DNA from: Tannerella sp.
GTDB lineage: Bacteria > Bacteroidota > Bacteroidia > Bacteroidales > Tannerellaceae
DNA length: 64,000 bases
Direction of reading: 5' to 3'
NCBI RefSeq assembly: GCF_030528505.1
Contig: NZ_JAUMYS010000001.1
Span: 16,547 to 80,546, forward strand
In this document: piece after piece, positions 9,913 through 19,885 of the stretch
Layout of the letters: each line of letters starts with the position of its first letter
Position numbering within the stretch: position 1 is the stretch's first letter
Position numbers and translations under genes: made by a program
The notes under the pieces: generated by a model
The model's input: only the letters and a program-made list of their open reading frames with translations
What the model was told of the DNA's origin: nothing
Database searches by the model: none

Positions 9913-11073
9913 TTACAGGAGAGCTTCGATTTCTTTCTCAAGAGCGTCCAGATCATCGATGCGCTTAACTAAAATGCCTCGCCGGTTAAGTAAAAAGATC
10001 GCCGGAAGTTGTTTGACATTATAGAGTGCCGCAGCCTGCGAGTAAACGGACTGGGGATCGCGGACGCATGTCCAGCCCATATTGGATGCCACGTTTTTCC
10101 AGTGATGAAGATCCGTATCTAAGGAAACCTGATAAATTTCGAGTCCTCTGGCATGATATTTTTCGTAGAGCGATCCCAGCGTAAGGTTAAGCGAAGGTGC
10201 CCATTCCGTTTCATAAGCCGTGAAATTGAGAATCGTCACTTTGTCTTTTGCCGTGTCCGATAATTTTACGGCAACACCCCGGAGGTCGGGCAGATCGATA
10301 TCCAGCATATCGATCTCTTTCGTTTCCATCTGGTTTAAGTCGAGGGTCTGCCGGCTACGGATTACTTTCAGCGACTGTAATGCCAGATTATAGAGATGCT
10401 TGGCACGCGGACTTTCCGGATACAAATGATTGTAGCTTGTTGCTACGGCGCCGAAGGAGCGGGAATCGGCTTTGTCGTAGAGGTCGAAGAACAGGAGACC
10501 GTCGACTTGCTGGAAAAGGGCGTAGTATGCGGCAGTAGACATCGGGTTGGCGTAGATGTGTTTGCGTGCCACTTCCTTGTAAGCTTCAGCCATGTTGAGA
10601 GTTCGACGACGGTAGGCTGTATCGGAAAGGACGCCGGAACGGTACTCGCTGCGTATGCGATTGATTTCCTGATCGGCATCTAACTGGGCGAGTGTAATCT
10701 CTTTGATGGCGATGCAGTTCTCAGAGCCTTCCACGGTGTAGGACGTGGCGAACGTCGCGGCATCGGCCGTGAAAGTAACCGTCTCGGTTGAGTCAATGGC
10801 AAAATTAATCCATTGTTTTTTTAGCCTTAACCGATAGAAGTCCGGATATTTAGGCTGTTCGATTTTGAACGTGAATTTACCGGATGAGTTGAGTTTGACG
10901 GAGTCGATCAGTTGGATTTCCGAGAGACCGATGTTTTCGATGTACATGGTTTGGCCATCGGCTCCGGCAACGATTCCTGTAACCGTAAATTCGGCTGTGC
11001 TTTGTCGGCAGGCGGGCAGTGTGAGCAAAAGACCGCACACAACTGCCCAATAGCGTATTTTATCGATTCTCAT
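9913..11073 (-). CDS. DUF4369 / thioredoxin-fold (TlpA/redoxin-like) lipoprotein lacking the CxxC active site
   Basis: Lipoprotein signal MRIDKIRYWAVVCGLLLTLPAC. The C-terminal domain resembles TlpA-family redoxins (VTILNFTAYETEWAPS...), but the position expected for WCxxC reads TEWAPS. Confidence 0.55.
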   Translation of the reverse strand: MRIDKIRYWAVVCGLLLTLPACRQSTAEFTVTGIVAGADGQTMYIENIGLSEIQLIDSVKLNSSGKFTFKIEQPKYPDFYRLRLKKQWINFAIDSTETVTFTADAATFATSYTVEGSENCIAIKEITLAQLDADQEINRIRSEYRSGVLSDTAYRRRTLNMAEAYKEVARKHIYANPMSTAAYYALFQQVDGLLFFDLYDKADSRSFGAVATSYNHLYPESPRAKHLYNLALQSLKVIRSRQTLDLNQMETKEIDMLDIDLPDLRGVAVKLSDTAKDKVTILNFTAYETEWAPSLNLTLGSLYEKYHARGLEIYQVSLDTDLHHWKNVASNMGWTCVRDPQSVYSQAAALYNVKQLPAIFLLNRRGILVKRIDDLDALEKEIEALL

Positions 11074-11156
11074 ATAGGGGTATTTTTTTATTCAACGGAT
11101 GCAAATATACGTTATTTTATAGTGGCTGAAAAAAAATATCACTTACTTTTGCAATT

Positions 11157-11786
11157 ATGATGACGGAAGAGATACGAACGATTATCGAACAGGAGGCGGA
11201 GGCCGTTCGCCGGATTCCTGTAACAGAATATTATACGGAGGCTGTTGCCTTGATTGTAAAACACGTTCACGAACAGGGCGGGAAGTTGATTACGAGCGGT
11301 ATGGGGAAAGCCGGCCAAATCGCGATGAATATCGCAACGACGTTCAGCTCAACAGGCACGCCGGCATTCTTTTTGCATCCCAGCGAGGCGCAGCATGGCG
11401 ATCTGGGCATTGTCTGTCCGAACGACGTGATGCTGCTGATCTCAAATTCGGGAAAAACACGCGAACTGCTGGAACTCGTACAACTGACACGGGGACTGGT
11501 AGAAGACATGCCGTTTATTGTAATCACGTCCGACCCCAAAAGCCAGTTAGCCCAAGAGGCGGCCGTATGTCTCTTGACCGGAGCACCGAAGGAGGTGTGT
11601 GTGCTGGGATTGACGCCGACAACGTCGACAACGGTCATGACGGTAATCGGCGATGTGCTGGTGGTAGGGACGATGAAACACATCGGATTCACGAATGCCG
11701 ATTATGCCAAGCGACATCACGGTGGCTATCTGGGCTCGAAAAGTCGTCAGCAAAGTAAAATGGAGGAGGAATCATGCGACAGGTGA
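11157..11786 (+). CDS. SIS-domain sugar-phosphate isomerase (KpsF/GutQ-like, SIS domain only)
   Basis: The 209 aa protein has the SIS-domain motifs GKLITSGMGKAGQIA and LLISNSGKTRELLELV and has no CBS domains. Confidence 0.75.
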   Translation: MMTEEIRTIIEQEAEAVRRIPVTEYYTEAVALIVKHVHEQGGKLITSGMGKAGQIAMNIATTFSSTGTPAFFLHPSEAQHGDLGIVCPNDVMLLISNSGKTRELLELVQLTRGLVEDMPFIVITSDPKSQLAQEAAVCLLTGAPKEVCVLGLTPTTSTTVMTVIGDVLVVGTMKHIGFTNADYAKRHHGGYLGSKSRQQSKMEEESCDR

Positions 11787-12700
11787 TCGGTATCGGCGAA
11801 ACGATTCTGGATATTATTTTTCAGGATAACCAGCCCCATGCCGCGGTGCCGGGCGGCTCGACGTTTAATTCCATGGTCTCATTGAGTCGGGTCGGGATTC
11901 CCGTTGCATTCACGAGCGAACTGGGAAAAGACCGGGTCGGTGACATGATCTGCGACTTTATGAAATCGAACGGGATGACAACCGATTTCATGGATCGCTC
12001 TCCGGATATGAAAAGTCCGGTCTCTCTGGCTTTCCTGTCCGAAAGTAAGGATGCCGAATATCTCTTTTATACCCAGCACTCATCCAAACGCCCGAATGGT
12101 CATCTTCCGACCATTCGTCCGGACGATATTCTAATTTTTGGTTCTTACTATGCGCTGAATCCGAGGATGCGCGAGCGGGTGACGGAGCTCGTCGAATACG
12201 CCAAAGCACAACGGGCTATCATCTATTATGATCTGAATTTTCGTAAAGCGCATGCTCACGAGGCTATTCAACTCCGCCCGATGGTAATGGACAATTATGA
12301 ATTTGCCGATATTGTCAGAGGATCGGACGAAGATTTTATGAATTTATACCGAAAGTCGGACACGGACGATATTTATCGGAACGAGGTGAAATTCTACTGT
12401 AAACGATTGATTACAACACATGGGAAGGACGGGATCAATCTATACACGGAAGATGGACGGACACATTATGATGTGTTGTCTCTGACGCCGGTCAGCACGA
12501 TTGGCGCCGGCGATAATTTCAATGCCGGCATTGTCTACGGCCTCATCAAATACGGTATCGGTTATCACGATCTGCCGCAGCTGAGCGAGATGGCATGGAG
12601 CAAAATCATTCGTTGCGGTATGGAGTTCGCGGCCGATGTATGCGGGAGCTTTTCCAATTATATATCTCCCGAATTTGCGAAGGAGAGAAGGCTTGATTGA
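11774..12700 (+). CDS. PfkB-family carbohydrate kinase (ribokinase/fructokinase-like)
   Basis: The GAGDNFNAG anion-hole motif and an N-terminal GG motif (AVPGGSTFN) are present. The start overlaps the SIS gene by 13 bp, which suggests an operon. Confidence 0.8.
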   Translation: MRQVIGIGETILDIIFQDNQPHAAVPGGSTFNSMVSLSRVGIPVAFTSELGKDRVGDMICDFMKSNGMTTDFMDRSPDMKSPVSLAFLSESKDAEYLFYTQHSSKRPNGHLPTIRPDDILIFGSYYALNPRMRERVTELVEYAKAQRAIIYYDLNFRKAHAHEAIQLRPMVMDNYEFADIVRGSDEDFMNLYRKSDTDDIYRNEVKFYCKRLITTHGKDGINLYTEDGRTHYDVLSLTPVSTIGAGDNFNAGIVYGLIKYGIGYHDLPQLSEMAWSKIIRCGMEFAADVCGSFSNYISPEFAKERRLD

Positions 12701-12731
12701 GATTTCTTTGCCAGTCAAGCCTTTCTCGACA

Positions 12732-15539
12732 TTATTTTTTGAGCTTTCCTTTCAGGTATTTCCCTGTATATGATTGTTCGCAGGCCGCAATATCGTGTGG
12801 TGTGCCGGTGCAGACCACTTGTCCGCCCGCTTTCCCTCCTTCGGGACCCAAATCGATGATGTAATCGGCGCATTTGATGACGTCGGGGTGATGCTCGATG
12901 ATCACAGCCGTGTGCCCCCGGTCAATTAAGGCGTTAAACGCTTTGAGCAGCGTCTTGATGTCGTGGAAATGAAGCCCCGTCGTCGGTTCGTCAAACACGA
13001 ACATGGTGGGCGCCTGCTTTTCCTGACTCAGATAATAGGCGAGTTTGACACGCTGGTTTTCACCTCCCGAAAGCGTCGAAGAGGTCTGTCCCAGCTTGAT
13101 ATATCCCAGTCCAACTTCTTGCAGAGGATTTAGTTTCTTTACCACCTTTTTGGCCTGCGCATCTTTCTGAGCCCCGAAAAACTCGATCGCCTGACTTACG
13201 GTCATCTCAAGCACATCGTAGATATTCGCTCCGTGATATTCGACCTCCAGCGTATCGGCATTGAATCGTTTGCCGTGGCAGACCTCGCATTCGAGCATAA
13301 TGTCGGCCATAAACTGCATCTCGACCGTGATCCGCCCTTCCCCCTTGCACTCTTCGCAACGACCACCCTCTTTATTGAAAGAAAAATGTGCCGCCTGATA
13401 GCCCATCTGACGCGCTAAGGGTTGTTCGGCAAAGAGCTTGCGTATCTCGTCGTATGCTCCGATGTACGTCACCGGGTTGGAACGCGAACTTTTGCCGATC
13501 GAGTTCTGATCTACAAATTCGATGGCTTTGATCCGGTGGATATCTCCTGTGATCGACGTACATTCGACCGATGCCGGCGCATCATCCAGCAAACGCTTCA
13601 TGCCTTCGTAGAGGATGTCGCGTACGAGCGAACTTTTGCCCGATCCGCTGACTCCCGTGACGACGGTCATCACATGCAACGGAAACTTCACATCGACCTG
13701 TTTCAGGTTGTTCTTGCGCGCGCCTTTGATTTCGATATACTCATTCCACGGACGCGTATAAAGAGGCACTTCGATCTGCTCCTCCCCTGTCAGATAACGT
13801 ACGGTATGACTGTCGGTCTGTTGCTGTAATCCGTTTACGACACCCTGATAGACGACCTCACCGCCGAGTCTTCCCGCCGCCGGGCCGATGTCGATGATAT
13901 AGTCGGCCGCGCGGATAATCTCTTCGTCATGCTCCACAACGACCACCGTATTGCCCAGCGCCTGCAATTGGCGAAGCACCTTGATCAGCATATCGGTATT
14001 ACGCGAGTGCAGCCCGATACTCGGTTCGTCGAGGATGTAGAGCGACCCGACGAGACTGCTTCCCAACGACGTGGCCAGACTGATGCGCTGGCTCTCGCCT
14101 CCCGAAAGGGTGGCCGACAGCCGGTCGAGCGTCAGATAGCCCAGCCCCACATCGAGCAGGAATTGCAGCCGGTTGTTGATCTCTGTCAGCAAACGTTTGG
14201 CAATGACCGCATCGGCTTCGCTCAGTTCCAATCGATCGAAAAAAGCTTTTACCTCGGTCACCGGCATCGTGACCAGCTCGGCCATATTCTTCCCGCCCAC
14301 CTGCACGTGAAGCGCCGATGGCTTCAGCCGGCTGCCCTTGCAGACCGGACATGTCGTTTTGCCGCGATATCGCGCTAACATGACACGATACTGGATCTTG
14401 TACTGATTGCTTTCGACAAACTTGAAAAAGTCGTCGATGCCATGCACCCCGCGGGCTCCGTGCCACAATAGTTCTTTCTCCTTATCTGTCAGCTCGAAGT
14501 AAGGCCGGTGTATCGGAAAACCGTGTTTGGCTGCGGCATGGATAAAGTCGCGCAACCACTCGCCCATCACTTCGCCTTTCCAGCATACGACAGCGCCCTC
14601 GTAGACCGACAGACTTTTATCCGGCACAACCAAGTCTTCATCGATACCCAGCACTTTCCCGAAGCCTTCGCAGGTGGGGCAGGCTCCCAGCGGGTTATTA
14701 AAGTTGAACATCATCTCGGTCGGCTCCTCGAAAACCATCCCGTCAGCCTCGAAACGTTTTGAGAATTCAAACACTTTCGGCAATTCCGATAGATATACTT
14801 TCAGCCGACAAGTGCCGTGTCCTTCGTAAAAAGCGGTCTCAACGGAATCGGCCAGACGGTTTTTCAGCAGTTTGTCGTCCGATACCTCTAACCGGTCAAT
14901 CAAAATCTCGGCATCTTTCGCTTTCATCAGTTCGGCATCGTCGAGCACTTCCTGTATGCGATAAATCTTCCCGTCAATTTCGAGCCGTGTATAGCCTTCT
15001 TTCCGAAGGATTTCAAATTGTTCTCTCAGCGTCCGCCCTTCAGGCAGAACGATCGGGGCATAAACGGCGAAACGTGTGCCGGTAGGGTAAGACAAGGCCT
15101 TTTTCACCACGTCGGATACCTGATGCTTCTTGACCTCCTGTCCCGACACGGGCGAAATTGTTCGTCCCAGACGGGCATATAGCAGACGGAGATATTCGTA
15201 AATTTCGGTCGACGTGCCGACCGTCGAGCGAGGATTGCGGACACTGACTTTCTGCTCGATGGCAATCGCCGGCGGAATACCTTTGATATAATCGCATTCC
15301 GGCTTGCTCATGCGTCCCAGAAACTGACGGGCGTAAGCCGAAAGGCTTTCCACATAACGACGCTGGCCTTCGGCATACAATGTGTCGAAAGCCAGCGATG
15401 ACTTGCCACTCCCCGACAGTCCGGTAATTACCACGAACTTGTCGCGCGGAATCTTGACATCGATATTTTTCAGATTGTTGACACGTGCTCCCTTGATCAG
15501 GATGTACCCGTTTTCTTCTTTCACCGTCTTCTTTGCCAT
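12732..15539 (-). CDS. uvrA: excinuclease ABC subunit A
   Basis: The N-terminus [73 protein letters not shown] is UvrA-like. Two ABC ATPase modules and Zn fingers are present. The track start at 15584 is probably an over-extension. Confidence 0.95.
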   Translation of the reverse strand: MAKKTVKEENGYILIKGARVNNLKNIDVKIPRDKFVVITGLSGSGKSSLAFDTLYAEGQRRYVESLSAYARQFLGRMSKPECDYIKGIPPAIAIEQKVSVRNPRSTVGTSTEIYEYLRLLYARLGRTISPVSGQEVKKHQVSDVVKKALSYPTGTRFAVYAPIVLPEGRTLREQFEILRKEGYTRLEIDGKIYRIQEVLDDAELMKAKDAEILIDRLEVSDDKLLKNRLADSVETAFYEGHGTCRLKVYLSELPKVFEFSKRFEADGMVFEEPTEMMFNFNNPLGACPTCEGFGKVLGIDEDLVVPDKSLSVYEGAVVCWKGEVMGEWLRDFIHAAAKHGFPIHRPYFELTDKEKELLWHGARGVHGIDDFFKFVESNQYKIQYRVMLARYRGKTTCPVCKGSRLKPSALHVQVGGKNMAELVTMPVTEVKAFFDRLELSEADAVIAKRLLTEINNRLQFLLDVGLGYLTLDRLSATLSGGESQRISLATSLGSSLVGSLYILDEPSIGLHSRNTDMLIKVLRQLQALGNTVVVVEHDEEIIRAADYIIDIGPAAGRLGGEVVYQGVVNGLQQQTDSHTVRYLTGEEQIEVPLYTRPWNEYIEIKGARKNNLKQVDVKFPLHVMTVVTGVSGSGKSSLVRDILYEGMKRLLDDAPASVECTSITGDIHRIKAIEFVDQNSIGKSSRSNPVTYIGAYDEIRKLFAEQPLARQMGYQAAHFSFNKEGGRCEECKGEGRITVEMQFMADIMLECEVCHGKRFNADTLEVEYHGANIYDVLEMTVSQAIEFFGAQKDAQAKKVVKKLNPLQEVGLGYIKLGQTSSTLSGGENQRVKLAYYLSQEKQAPTMFVFDEPTTGLHFHDIKTLLKAFNALIDRGHTAVIIEHHPDVIKCADYIIDLGPEGGKAGGQVVCTGTPHDIAACEQSYTGKYLKGKLKK

Positions 15540-15611
15540 TCTGCGATCATTCAAATTGAACCGACAAAGGTAACGATTTTTCAAAAAACAGAGGAGCGCG
15601 TTTCAGGCCTC

Positions 15612-17081
15612 TTACGACGACGCATGTGGCGCATCCTCGAGCGTTGCCGTCAGCAGTCGCCACACTTTTTCGACCGAAGCGATGCGAACGGCTTCGTCGG
15701 GAGAATGCGGGAATCGGATATCCGGGCCGAACGAAATCATATCCATTTCGGGATACGCCTCCTGAATGATGCCGCATTCGAGCCCCGCGTGCATCACGGA
15801 CACGGCCGGCTTTTTCCCGAACAGTTTTTCGTACGTCGTTTCCATTGTCCGCAGAATGGGTGAGTCGATGTTCGGTTGCCAGCCCCCGTAGGCGTTGCCG
15901 TATTCTACTTTGGCGCCGGCCATCGAAAAGACACTTTCAATCGACGAACAAACGGATTCCTTACGGCTTTCCGACGAGCTGCGCACCAGTATTTTGACGT
16001 CGATTGTTCCTTTGTCCGATTTTACGACCGCCAGATTCGAAGACGATTCTACCGTTCCGGGAAAATCGTTCAACATGCTGATGACCCCATTCTGGCAACC
16101 TTCTACGGCATTGATCAGATCGTCCTGCATCTCTTCCGGGATCAGTGAAGACGGTGCTTCGGTCATCTCGGCCGTGAGGCAGATACCTTCTTCGATTCCC
16201 TTATATTCGGAGCGGAACAAATCCTGATAGTCGGCAATTAATTCCCAAAGAGGTTCGACATTGTCGGCAGGTAAGGTGATCACGGCTGTCGCTTCGCGAG
16301 GGATCGCGTTGCGCAGCGAGCCGCCGTCGATGGTGGCCAGTCGTGCGCCATAATCGCATACGGCGATTTTCAGTAAACGGAACATCAGCTTATTGGCATT
16401 GGCCCGGCCGAGATGGATATCGACACCCGAATGACCGCCTTTTAGTCCCGTGAGCGAAATTTTTACGGCCACATCGCCTTCGATAAGAGGTGCTCCATCC
16501 TGATAACGGAACGAAATATTCAGGTCTGCACCGCCGGCACAGCCCACACATAACATTCCTTCCTCTTCCGAGTCGCCATTGAGCAGAATACGCCCTTTCA
16601 GAAAGCCGGGTTTCAAGCCGAATGCGCCATCCATGCCTACCTCTTCGTCGATGGTAAACAAGGCTTCGAGCGGGCCGTGCTTCAAGGTCTTGTCTGACAA
16701 TACGGCCATGGCTAACGCCATCCCCATGCCGTTATCGGCGCCGAGCGTTGTTTCACGTGCCGTCACCCAATCGCCATCGACGTATGCATCGATCGGATCG
16801 GTCAGAAAATCGTGCTGTACCGAGGCATTCTTCTGGGGCACCATATCCACATGAGACTGCATAATAACAGTCTCGCGGTCTTCATATCCCGCGGTAGCCG
16901 GCTTACGTATCAGCACATTGCCTGTTGCATCCTGAAGCGTTTCCAGTCCCTGTTCTTTGCCGAACGTTTTCAGATATTCCGTCACTTGCTGGGTATGTCC
17001 TGTCGGACGCGGGATTTGCGTCAGGTCATAAAAATATCCCCAAACGGCTTGAGGAGAAAGTAATTTGATTTCTTCTGCCAT
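15612..17081 (-). CDS. pepD: aminoacyl-histidine dipeptidase (M20 family Xaa-His dipeptidase)
   Basis: The start MAEEIKLLSPQAVWGYFYDLTQIPRPTGH is canonical for PepD. The complement ATG is at 17081. The track extends 52 codons further upstream. Confidence 0.85.
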   Translation of the reverse strand: MAEEIKLLSPQAVWGYFYDLTQIPRPTGHTQQVTEYLKTFGKEQGLETLQDATGNVLIRKPATAGYEDRETVIMQSHVDMVPQKNASVQHDFLTDPIDAYVDGDWVTARETTLGADNGMGMALAMAVLSDKTLKHGPLEALFTIDEEVGMDGAFGLKPGFLKGRILLNGDSEEEGMLCVGCAGGADLNISFRYQDGAPLIEGDVAVKISLTGLKGGHSGVDIHLGRANANKLMFRLLKIAVCDYGARLATIDGGSLRNAIPREATAVITLPADNVEPLWELIADYQDLFRSEYKGIEEGICLTAEMTEAPSSLIPEEMQDDLINAVEGCQNGVISMLNDFPGTVESSSNLAVVKSDKGTIDVKILVRSSSESRKESVCSSIESVFSMAGAKVEYGNAYGGWQPNIDSPILRTMETTYEKLFGKKPAVSVMHAGLECGIIQEAYPEMDMISFGPDIRFPHSPDEAVRIASVEKVWRLLTATLEDAPHASS

Positions 17082-17348
17082 GATTTTAGATATTAATGAT
17101 GTATTTTCCTGCAAACGTAAATAAAAAATCCGAGATATGCTAACCAAGTCTTGATGAAGATTCTCATGGGTCTGCTTAATAGTCTTTTCGCGGCATATCA
17201 TCCTCCATATTTCAACGAGAGAGAAGGAGGCTTTCAACTACTCTTTTTCTGAAAAAAACGGTGTGTTTACTATTAATTGTCAATAATTTTCTACCTTTGT
17301 CCGAATTTTAAGAAGTTAGATGTTTTTAGACGTAACGAAAGAAACAAG

Positions 17349-19574
17349 ATGAATGTAATTGAAAAGACGATTGATTTGGGTGATGGAAGGATCATCACCA
17401 TCGAAACCGGGAAGTTAGCCAAGCAGGCTGACGGTTCCGTAACCGTCCGAATGGGAAACACGGTGCTGTTGGCTACGGTTTGTGCAGCAAAAGACGCGGT
17501 GCCCGGTACGGACTTTATGCCGCTTCAGGTAGACTATAAGGAGAAATTTGCGGCATTCGGCCGTTTCCCCGGCGGCTTTACGCGCAGAGAAGGTAAGGCC
17601 TCGGACTATGAGGTGCTCACCTCGCGACTGGTCGACCGCGTACTCCGTCCGCTCTTCCCGGACGATTATCATGCCGAAGTATTTGTAAACATCATACTTT
17701 TCTCTGCCGACGGTGAAGATATGCCGGATGCGTTGGCCGGACTGGCAGCCTCGGCAGCCCTTGCCGTTTCCGACATTCCGTTCGGTGGGCCGATCTCGGA
17801 AGTGCGTGTAGCACGTGTCGACGGCCAATTTATCATCAACCCGACTTTTACGCAGCTCGAAAAGGCCGATATCGACATCATGGTCGGCGCCACGTACGAC
17901 AATATCATGATGGTGGAAGGCGAGATGAGCGAAGTGCAGGAGAGCGAGATGCTCGAAGCCATCAAGGTGGCGCACGAAGCCATCAAGAAGCATTGTCTCG
18001 TCCAGAAAGAACTCGAAGCCGCATGCGGCAAAACGGTTAAACGCGAATATTGCCACGAGGAAAACGACGAAGACTTGCGCAAAAAAGTACACGACGATCT
18101 CTACGCCAAAGCGTATGCGATTTCCGTTTCGGGACAGGGTAAACACGAGCGTGCCGAAGCTTTCGAGAAGATCGTAGAAGAGTTCAAAGCGCAGTATACG
18201 GAAGAAGAACTGGAGACGAAAGGGGCACTGATCGACCGTTACTATCACGATGTGGAAAAAGAAGCCATGCGTCGGGCTATCCTCGACGAAGGCAAGCGCC
18301 TCGACGGTCGGAAAACAACCGATATCCGTCCCATCTGGGTCGAGACCGATTGTTTGGCCGGACCTCACGGAGCCGCCATCTTTACACGCGGAGAAACGCA
18401 GTCGCTCACAACCGTTACGCTGGGTACGAAGAATGACGAGAAAATCATTGACGATGTGCTGAATCAGGGACGTGACCGTTTCCTGCTGCACTATAATTTC
18501 CCGCCTTTCTCGACGGGTGAGGCCAGACCGCAACGCGGCGTGGGACGTCGCGAGATCGGACACGGAAACTTGGCCCATCGCGCGCTCAAACGGATGATCC
18601 CGAGCGATTATCCGTACGTGGTACGTGTCGTTTCGGATATCCTCGAGTCGAATGGCTCGTCGTCCATGGCGACCGTTTGCGCCGGAACGTTGGCGCTGCG
18701 GGATGCCGGTGTGCCTCTCAAGAAGCCCGTATCGGGTATTGCGATGGGGTTGATCTCGGAAAACAAAGGAACGAATTACGCGATTCTTTCCGATATTCTC
18801 GGCGATGAAGACCATCTCGGCGATATGGACTTTAAAGTGACCGGTACGAAAGACGGTATTACGGCTACGCAGATGGATATCAAGGTGGACGGACTCTCGT
18901 ACGAAATTCTTGAAAAGGCGCTTGCGCAAGCCAAAGAGGGACGTATGCATATCCTCGGAAAGATGACCGACGCTCAGCCCGAAGCACGTGCCGAACTCAA
19001 GCCTCATGCGCCGCGTATCGAAACCCTGATTATCGGCAAAGAATTCATTGGTGCGGTAATCGGTCCGGGTGGAAAGATCATCCAAGGCATTCAGGAAAAG
19101 AGCGGAGCAACGATCTCGATCGAAGAAGTCGACAATCAGGGCATCGTTGAGGTCTCCGCGACGAATAAAGAATCGATCGACGCTGCGATGCGTGCCATCA
19201 AGGCCATCGTTGCCGTACCCGAAGTAGGAGAGGTGTATGAAGGCAAAATTTCGTCGATCATGCCGTACGGTGCTTTCGTCGAGTTCATGCAGGGCAAAGA
19301 CGGTCTGCTGCACATCTCGGAGATCGATTGGAAACGGTTGGAAACAGTTGAAGAAACAGGGCTGCGTGAAGGTGATAGCATCACCGTGAAGCTGGTCGAT
19401 ATCGATCCGAAGACCGGCAAATTCAAACTTTCGCGCAAAGTGTTGATGCCGAAACCCGAGGGGTATAAGGAAGCGGAGCGTCCCGCGCGTCCGCCGCGTC
19501 AGAACAATAACGGAGGCCGTCGTGACAATGGAGGCCGTCCGCATCGCGAGAACCATCGCGGTGGCGACCAATAA
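17349..19574 (+). CDS. pnp: polyribonucleotide nucleotidyltransferase (PNPase)
   Basis: The start is [31 protein letters not shown] (ATG at 17349). Two RNase PH domains, a KH domain and an S1 domain are present. The C-terminal tail is basic and Gly/Arg-rich. Confidence 0.95.
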   Translation: MNVIEKTIDLGDGRIITIETGKLAKQADGSVTVRMGNTVLLATVCAAKDAVPGTDFMPLQVDYKEKFAAFGRFPGGFTRREGKASDYEVLTSRLVDRVLRPLFPDDYHAEVFVNIILFSADGEDMPDALAGLAASAALAVSDIPFGGPISEVRVARVDGQFIINPTFTQLEKADIDIMVGATYDNIMMVEGEMSEVQESEMLEAIKVAHEAIKKHCLVQKELEAACGKTVKREYCHEENDEDLRKKVHDDLYAKAYAISVSGQGKHERAEAFEKIVEEFKAQYTEEELETKGALIDRYYHDVEKEAMRRAILDEGKRLDGRKTTDIRPIWVETDCLAGPHGAAIFTRGETQSLTTVTLGTKNDEKIIDDVLNQGRDRFLLHYNFPPFSTGEARPQRGVGRREIGHGNLAHRALKRMIPSDYPYVVRVVSDILESNGSSSMATVCAGTLALRDAGVPLKKPVSGIAMGLISENKGTNYAILSDILGDEDHLGDMDFKVTGTKDGITATQMDIKVDGLSYEILEKALAQAKEGRMHILGKMTDAQPEARAELKPHAPRIETLIIGKEFIGAVIGPGGKIIQGIQEKSGATISIEEVDNQGIVEVSATNKESIDAAMRAIKAIVAVPEVGEVYEGKISSIMPYGAFVEFMQGKDGLLHISEIDWKRLETVEETGLREGDSITVKLVDIDPKTGKFKLSRKVLMPKPEGYKEAERPARPPRQNNNGGRRDNGGRPHRENHRGGDQ

Positions 19575-19604
19575 TCGCGATGGTTTTCCTGCAAATAACC
19601 AAAG

Positions 19605-19642
19605 AAAGAGGCCGTCTCCAAACGAGACGCCTCTTTTTTTCG
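19605..19642 (+). terminator. rho-independent terminator downstream of pnp
   Basis: GAGGCCGTCTC...GAGACGCCTC forms a stem and is followed by a T8 run. Confidence 0.6.
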
Positions 19643-19813
19643 ATTAGACTAATCCGTCCGGATTTTTTCTTACAATCCGGCTCTGTACTTTTCTACCGAC
19701 TTACGCCGGACAAACAACTAACGATTTGTAACCTTTTTGGTAACATGAGTAACCTTTTTGGTGACATATTACGGACTTGTGCCGGTTAGAGGATGTTCGT
19801 GCGGGGTGAACAT

Positions 19814-19858
19814 AAAAAAATGAGGCTGTCTTTGCTTTTGAGACAGCCTCATTTTGGC
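19814..19858. terminator. bidirectional hairpin terminator between convergent pnp and yfhO-like genes
   Basis: AATGAGGCTGTCT...AGACAGCCTCATT forms a 13-bp stem flanked by an A7 run on one side and a T-rich run on the other. Confidence 0.5.
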
Positions 19859-19885
19859 TTAGAAAAGATTTCGTTCTATTGCGCG

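Noticed and set aside
15540-15584. The N-terminal extensions that the ORF track gives to uvrA, pepD, pnp, coaD, dacB, the acyl-CoA ligase, nrdD and the HIT gene, viewed as possible real leader peptides.
   Set aside because: In each case a downstream Met gives the canonical family N-terminus. The extension has no conservation signal and in some cases would overlap the neighbouring gene. These are treated as ORF-caller over-extension.
17415-19571. A 718-aa ORF on the minus strand spans almost all of pnp.
   Set aside because: It lies antisense to a strongly supported PNPase gene. Its translation is low-complexity (R/H/F-rich) with no recognisable domain. It is a typical shadow ORF in GC-rich coding DNA.
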